From contig JAJZTO010000001.1 in NCBI GenBank assembly GCA_021848865.1, forward strand, positions 1-28,785: a stretch of 28,785 bases of DNA, written 5' to 3'. Source of the stretch: Myxococcales bacterium. Lineage in GTDB: Bacteria; Myxococcota; Myxococcia; Myxococcales; Anaeromyxobacteraceae. Position numbers and translations under genes: made by a program. Within the stretch, counting starts at the first letter, position 1; each line of letters opens with the position of its first letter. Below the pieces are notes generated by a model. It was not told the origin of the DNA, searched no databases, and worked only from the letters and a program-made list of their open reading frames with translations. Positions 24,567 to 28,785 of the stretch are shown one piece after another.

Positions 24567-25307
24567 GTGAACCACGCCAGCGCCCTCGACCCTTCGTGCG
24601 GCAACTGCAGCGCCGTCCAGGCCAAGCTCGGCAAGACCAACTGCTCCGCCGGGACCTCCACCGACGCCCCTCCCCGCCCCGGTCACTGCCCCGCCGGCAC
24701 GCAGGAGCAGGTGGTGGCCGGCGCCCGGACCGAACTCGCCGGCGACGGGGAGGACGCCCGGCTGGCACGGGTGGCGGCACGGGTCGAGGGGCTCTGCTAC
24801 GAGAAGGGCGTGGCCCGCTGGACCCGCGTCGAGGACACCATCGCCTTCGCCAAGCTCATGGGCTACCGGAAGATCGGCATCGCCACCTGCATCGGGCTGC
24901 TGGACGAGACCCACCGGCTGGCGCAGGTCCTCGAGGCGCAGGGGCTCGACCCGGTGAGCGTCTGCTGCAAGGCCGGCGGCACCGACAAGACGGCGCTGGG
25001 CATCCGCGACGGCGACAAGATCCGGCCTGGCACGTTCGAGGCGGCCTGCAACCCCATCGCCCAGGCCCGGGTCTGCAACGAGCTCAAGACCGACCTGAAC
25101 CTCATCGTCGGCCTGTGCGTGGGGCACGACGCCCTCTTCAACAAGCACTCCGAGGCGCCGGTGACCACCCTGGTGGTGAAGGACCGGGTCACCGGCCACA
25201 ATCCGGTGGCCTCGCTGTACGGGGGACACTACTATCGGCGCCTGCGCTCGCCGCTGCCGGCGCTCCAGGCGCTCCGGCCCGCGGGGACGCCGCCGGACGG
25301 AGACTGA
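24567..25307 (+). CDS. DUF1847-like Cys-rich putative metal-binding protein
   Basis: TRVEDTI.FAK.MGYRKIGIATCIGL, VCCKAG, CNPIAQA, N..VGLCVGHD.LF and VTTLVVKDRV.GHNP...LY; GTG 24567 with GGGAGG SD. Confidence 0.85.
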   Translation: MNHASALDPSCGNCSAVQAKLGKTNCSAGTSTDAPPRPGHCPAGTQEQVVAGARTELAGDGEDARLARVAARVEGLCYEKGVARWTRVEDTIAFAKLMGYRKIGIATCIGLLDETHRLAQVLEAQGLDPVSVCCKAGGTDKTALGIRDGDKIRPGTFEAACNPIAQARVCNELKTDLNLIVGLCVGHDALFNKHSEAPVTTLVVKDRVTGHNPVASLYGGHYYRRLRSPLPALQALRPAGTPPDGD

Positions 25308-25334
25308 GGCCTCGCCGGGCCAGACGGGGGACCT

Positions 25335-26099
25335 GTGCCGCTGAGCGTCTTCGAGGACAAGCGCCCGCTCTACCAGACGGTGGCCGAGCAGCTCTCCGCC
25401 GCCATCCAGGACGGGACCTACCCGGTGGGCAGCATGCTCCCCACCGAGGCCGAGCTCTGCACCCGCTTCGGCGTGAGCCGCCAGACCATCCGCGAGGCGA
25501 CCCGGCTCCTGCTGCAGCTGGGGCTGGTGTCGCGCCACCAGGGGGTGGGGACGCGGGTGGAGCGGGCCCAGGTGGCCGAGGCCTACGTGCAGCGGCTCGG
25601 GGCCCTTCCCGACATCTGGCAGTACGTGAAGGAGACGCGGCGGAAGGTCCTGCGGGTGGCCGACGTCCCGGCCCGCCTGGCGACGGTGCCGCTCCCCGGC
25701 GATCCCGACCAGAGCTGGCGGATGATCGAGGGGCTGCGCTTCGTCGGCGACGAGTCGAAGCCCATCGCCTGGACGCAGATCTACGTGTTCCCGGCCTACG
25801 CCGCGGTCAGCGACGCCGAGGAGCGCGACGCGGTGCCCATCTACTCGCTCATCGAGCAGCGCCACGGCATCAAGACCCGCACCGTGCGCCAGGAGATCAG
25901 CGCCATGGCCATCTCCGGCGAGATGGCCGCGGTGTTGCGGGTGCCCGCGGGGAGCCCGGGGCTCTCGGTGCTGCGCCAGTACTCCTCGACGCAGAACGAG
26001 ATCTTCGAGGTGACGCTCAGCGTCCACCCGGCCGACCGCTACCACTACACCATGCAGCTCGACCTCTCCCTGGCGCCGGAGGGCCAGGAGGCGACGTAG
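25335..26099 (+). CDS. GntR-family transcriptional regulator, HutC subfamily (wHTH + UTRA)
   Basis: PLYQ.VAE.L...I..G.YPVGS.LPTE.EL..RFGVSRQTIREA, L.GLV.R.QG.GT.V; C-terminal UTRA-like segment (YSLIEQRHGI...V.QEISA, L.V..GSP.L.V.R). Confidence 0.92.
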   Translation: MPLSVFEDKRPLYQTVAEQLSAAIQDGTYPVGSMLPTEAELCTRFGVSRQTIREATRLLLQLGLVSRHQGVGTRVERAQVAEAYVQRLGALPDIWQYVKETRRKVLRVADVPARLATVPLPGDPDQSWRMIEGLRFVGDESKPIAWTQIYVFPAYAAVSDAEERDAVPIYSLIEQRHGIKTRTVRQEISAMAISGEMAAVLRVPAGSPGLSVLRQYSSTQNEIFEVTLSVHPADRYHYTMQLDLSLAPEGQEAT

Positions 26100-26122
26100 C
26101 GCGCCCCGCGCCGGGCGACGCC

Positions 26123-27532
26123 CTACCGCGCCGGCAGCAGCCGCCCCACCCGCTCGACCTCCTCGAGACGCCAGGCGCGGTCGAGGAGGGCGCGCATCTC
26201 GGCCTCGGTGGCGGCGCCCCGGAAGGCGGCCAGGCGAAGCGCCTTGTCCTCCAGCTCGGCGTGGGAGAGCGAGTTGCCCGGGTCGCCCTTGGGCACGTCC
26301 ACCCGGGCCGAGAGCGTCCGGCCGTCGCGGGTGCGCGCCTCCACCTTGCCGATCCAGCGCCGCGGGTAGGCACCGTTCACCTCGTCGTCGAGCACCATCC
26401 GCACCCGTTCGCGGAAGGCGGCCACCCGCGGGTCCTGGAGCGCCTGGGTCTCGAACGCCTGGAGGCTGGCGTTCCCGTGCACCGCGCACAGCCCCAGGAC
26501 CGTCCCCATGGAGAACTTGGCCTGGTGCACGGTGGTGGGCACCCCCACCGGCCCGAGCACGTCGATGGCCCCCTGGTGCACCCGGGCCACCACCTCGGCG
26601 AGGTCGCCGGCCGCGAGCTTCTCGCGCCGCAGCAGGAGGAGCAGCGCGTCGGCGGCCGGGTGGGTGTGGCGACAGGCGGCGTGGAACTTGTACGAGGTCT
26701 CCACGGTGGCCCAGCGAGTCCCGAGCCGGTCGGTGAGCCGGGCCGGGTCGGCGTCGCTGGACATCCCGGCGGCCATGCCCTGCGGCCCTTCCAGGATGTG
26801 GCGGGCACCGGTGAAGCCGGCCCGGGCCAGCTCGGCGGCCAGGAGCCCGTCGGAGGCCGCCTTGGCGGTGTGCAGCTGCTTGGAGTCGGCGGCGTCGCGC
26901 AGGAACTCCCACAGGCCGGCGGCCTGGGTGCCGGCCGAGCCCAGCGCCTGCTGCATGCCCTCGGCGTCGAGCCCCAGGAGCTTGCCCACCGCCACCGCCG
27001 CCGCCAGCGTCCCGGCGGTGCCGGTGGTGTGGAACACCTTGTAGTGGGAGCGGCCCAGGAACTCGCCGATGCGGATGCCGGCCTCGTAGCCGGCCACCGC
27101 CGCCACGAGCAGGTCCTTCCCCGAGCGCCCCTCCGCCTGGGCCGTCGCCAGCGCCGGCGGGAAGATCACCGCGGCCGGGTGGAAGACCGAGCCGTTGTGG
27201 ACGTCGTCCTGCTCCACCACGTGCGAGGCGGCGGCGTTGACCATGGCGGCGAGGAGCGGCGAGGTGGTGGAGCGGTCGGCCAGCACCTCGCTCGGGCCGG
27301 CGGCCGGCCCCATCTTGCGGGCCAGCCCCTGGAAGGCGCGGACCTGCGGCGAGCCGGTGCCGGCCAGGGCCGCCCCCAGCCAGTCCACGAAGAGGTCCTT
27401 GGCCATGGCGACCACCTCGGCCGGGAGGTCCGTGTAGCGCAGGCCGGCCAGGAACTCGGCGAGCTGCCGGGTCGGCGAGGCGGCCGGGCGGGCGGCGGCA
27501 ATGGAGGTGGTGGCGGTGGCGGTGGCTCCCAT
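26123..27532 (-). CDS. MmgE/PrpD-family protein
   Basis: LAEF...LRY.DLP.EV, DWLG.ALAG, VNAAASH.VEQDD.H.GSV.HP, VAGYE.GIR, FHTTGT.G, K.LH..KA, YKFH.ACRHTHP and P.GDPGN. Confidence 0.92.
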   Translation of the reverse strand: MGATATATTSIAAARPAASPTRQLAEFLAGLRYTDLPAEVVAMAKDLFVDWLGAALAGTGSPQVRAFQGLARKMGPAAGPSEVLADRSTTSPLLAAMVNAAASHVVEQDDVHNGSVFHPAAVIFPPALATAQAEGRSGKDLLVAAVAGYEAGIRIGEFLGRSHYKVFHTTGTAGTLAAAVAVGKLLGLDAEGMQQALGSAGTQAAGLWEFLRDAADSKQLHTAKAASDGLLAAELARAGFTGARHILEGPQGMAAGMSSDADPARLTDRLGTRWATVETSYKFHAACRHTHPAADALLLLLRREKLAAGDLAEVVARVHQGAIDVLGPVGVPTTVHQAKFSMGTVLGLCAVHGNASLQAFETQALQDPRVAAFRERVRMVLDDEVNGAYPRRWIGKVEARTRDGRTLSARVDVPKGDPGNSLSHAELEDKALRLAAFRGAATEAEMRALLDRAWRLEEVERVGRLLPAR

Positions 27533-27541
27533 GTCTTCTCC

Positions 27542-28720
27542 CTAGATGGCGCCCTGGGCGCGCATGGCGGTGATCTCGGCTGGCCCGTACCCGAGCCAGG
27601 CCAGGACCGAGTCGGTGTGCTGGCCCAGCGCCGGGACGTCGCCCATGGCGTAGTCCACGCCGTCGACGTTGGCCGGGGGCAGGAGCGCCTTCACCGGGCC
27701 GGCGCTGGTGCCCACCTCGCGCCAGCGGCCGCGGGCGGCCAGCTGCGGGTGGGCGGCGACGCCGTCCATGTCGTTGATGCGGCCGTTGGCGATCCCGGCG
27801 CGGTCGAGGAGCGCCACCACCGTCTCGGCGGTCATCCCGGCGAAGGCCTGCTCGACGATGGGGGTGAGGGCGGCACGGTGGGCCACGCGCTCGCTGTTGG
27901 AGCCGAAGCGCGGGTCGCGCGCCAGCTCCGGCTGCCGCAGCACCTCGCGGCAAAAGGTGGCCCACTCCCGCTCGTTCTGCAGCCCGAAGATGACCTCGCG
28001 CCCGTCGCCGGCCCGGTGCGGGCCGTAGGGGGCGATGGTGGGGTGGGTGGCGCCGTTGCGCGGCTGGGGCCGCTGGCCGTAGTGGACGTAGTAGAGCGGC
28101 TGGCCCATCCACTCCGCCAGCGCCTCGAGCATGGAGACCTCGACCCGGGCGCCGCGCCCGGTGCGCTCGCGGGCCAGCAGCGCGGTGAGGACGCCGCTGT
28201 AGGCGTACATGCCCGCGGCGGTGTCGGCGACGGAGACGCCGCAGCGCGAGGGGACCTCGGGTGTCCCGGTGACGCTGACCAGCCCGGCCTCGGCCTGGAT
28301 GAGGAGGTCGTAGGCCTTCTTGTCGCGGCAGGGGCCGCCGTCGCCGTAGCCCGAGATGTCGGCGACGATGATCCTCGGGTTGCCCGCGGCCAGGGTGGCG
28401 TGGTCCAGGCCCAGGCGCGAGGCGGCGCCGGGAGCCAGGTTCTGCACCACCACGTCGGCCCGGGCCACCAGCCGGGCGAGCACCCCGGCGCCGGCCGGCG
28501 TCTTGACGTCGACGGTGACGCTCTCCTTGCCGCGGTTCAGCCAGACGAAGTACGAGGCGAGCCCCTTCACCGTCCGGTCGTAGCCGCGAGCCAGGTCGCC
28601 GGCCCCGGGCCGCTCCACCTTGATGACCCGGGCCCCGTGGTCGGCCAGGTGGCGGGTGCAGAAGGGGGCCGCCACGGCCTGCTCCAGCGAGACGACGGTG
28701 AGCCCTTCCAGGAGCAGCAT
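27542..28720 (-). CDS. Family III CoA-transferase (CaiB/BaiF)
   Basis: LEG..VVSLEQAVAAPFCTR.LAD.GARVIKVERP..GD.AR.YD, NRGKES, QNLAPG, ISGYG.GP, YDLLIQAE.G and SVAD (catalytic Asp). Confidence 0.93.
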   Translation of the reverse strand: MLLLEGLTVVSLEQAVAAPFCTRHLADHGARVIKVERPGAGDLARGYDRTVKGLASYFVWLNRGKESVTVDVKTPAGAGVLARLVARADVVVQNLAPGAASRLGLDHATLAAGNPRIIVADISGYGDGGPCRDKKAYDLLIQAEAGLVSVTGTPEVPSRCGVSVADTAAGMYAYSGVLTALLARERTGRGARVEVSMLEALAEWMGQPLYYVHYGQRPQPRNGATHPTIAPYGPHRAGDGREVIFGLQNEREWATFCREVLRQPELARDPRFGSNSERVAHRAALTPIVEQAFAGMTAETVVALLDRAGIANGRINDMDGVAAHPQLAARGRWREVGTSAGPVKALLPPANVDGVDYAMGDVPALGQHTDSVLAWLGYGPAEITAMRAQGAI

Positions 28721-28785
28721 CGGGAGCCTAGGCGCGCGCGGAGGAAGCCATGGGCCACCTCGGCGCGCGCGCCGTGCGGGTGGAA

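Noticed and set aside
26100-26122. Small CGCCC/GGGCG hairpin between the convergent gntR and prpD stops
   Set aside because: The 5-bp stem has no U-tract and is indistinguishable from chance at this GC content.
24300-28112. 1270-aa ORF on the - strand
   Set aside because: It is out of frame with the real PrpD and CoA-transferase genes and antisense to DUF1847/gntR. It is an Arg/Gly/Pro-rich low-complexity shadow and crosses the promoter region.
28721-28785. Possible 3' end of an upstream - strand gene
   Set aside because: Two frames both look GC3-rich (one ends at the TAG 28728-28730, the other runs into the CoA-transferase), and 65 nt are too few to assign.
1-28785. tRNA/rRNA, CRISPR arrays, transposases/integrases, defence systems
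   Set aside because: I saw no such repeats, cloverleaf-like elements or protein motifs; almost all the sequence is accounted for by metabolic CDSs.

Overview
Very GC-rich, gene-dense bacterial DNA; gene style suggests Anaeromyxobacter/Myxococcota (inference, not searched). There are two blocks. (1) 1-12300 is a cobamide (B12) locus. A tightly coupled + strand operon runs cobJ/cbiH (5'-truncated), cobM/cbiF, an unusual NadR/AAA_28-type P-loop domain fused to uroporphyrinogen-III methyltransferase (CobA), cobO, cobB/cbiA, cbiZ, cobT, cbiB, cobD-like aminotransferase and cobQ. It converges on a - strand cbiR-like/cobU/cobS module. (2) 12474-28720 is a catabolic locus of unknown substrate. A 13-gene - strand operon (LIV-type ABC transporter, aldehyde dehydrogenase, SDR, AtuA/DUF1446-like protein, DUF4387, Zn alcohol dehydrogenase, universal stress protein, carboxymuconolactone-decarboxylase-family protein, beta-hydroxyacid dehydrogenase) is divergent from a Cys-rich DUF1847-like gene and a HutC/UTRA-type GntR regulator. 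Between them lies a strikingly symmetric AT-richer control region with a perfect 18-bp palindrome, TTGACATCCGGATGTCAA. A convergent CoA-transferase/MmgE-PrpD pair resembles itaconate/C5-dicarboxylate clusters. I saw no rRNA, tRNA, CRISPR array, mobile element or cobalamin riboswitch. All family assignments come from motif recognition by eye, without database searches. Top leads are the kinase-like/CobA fusion, the orphan catabolic operon with its bidirectional promoter, and two distinct cobamide-remodelling enzymes beside de novo B12 genes.
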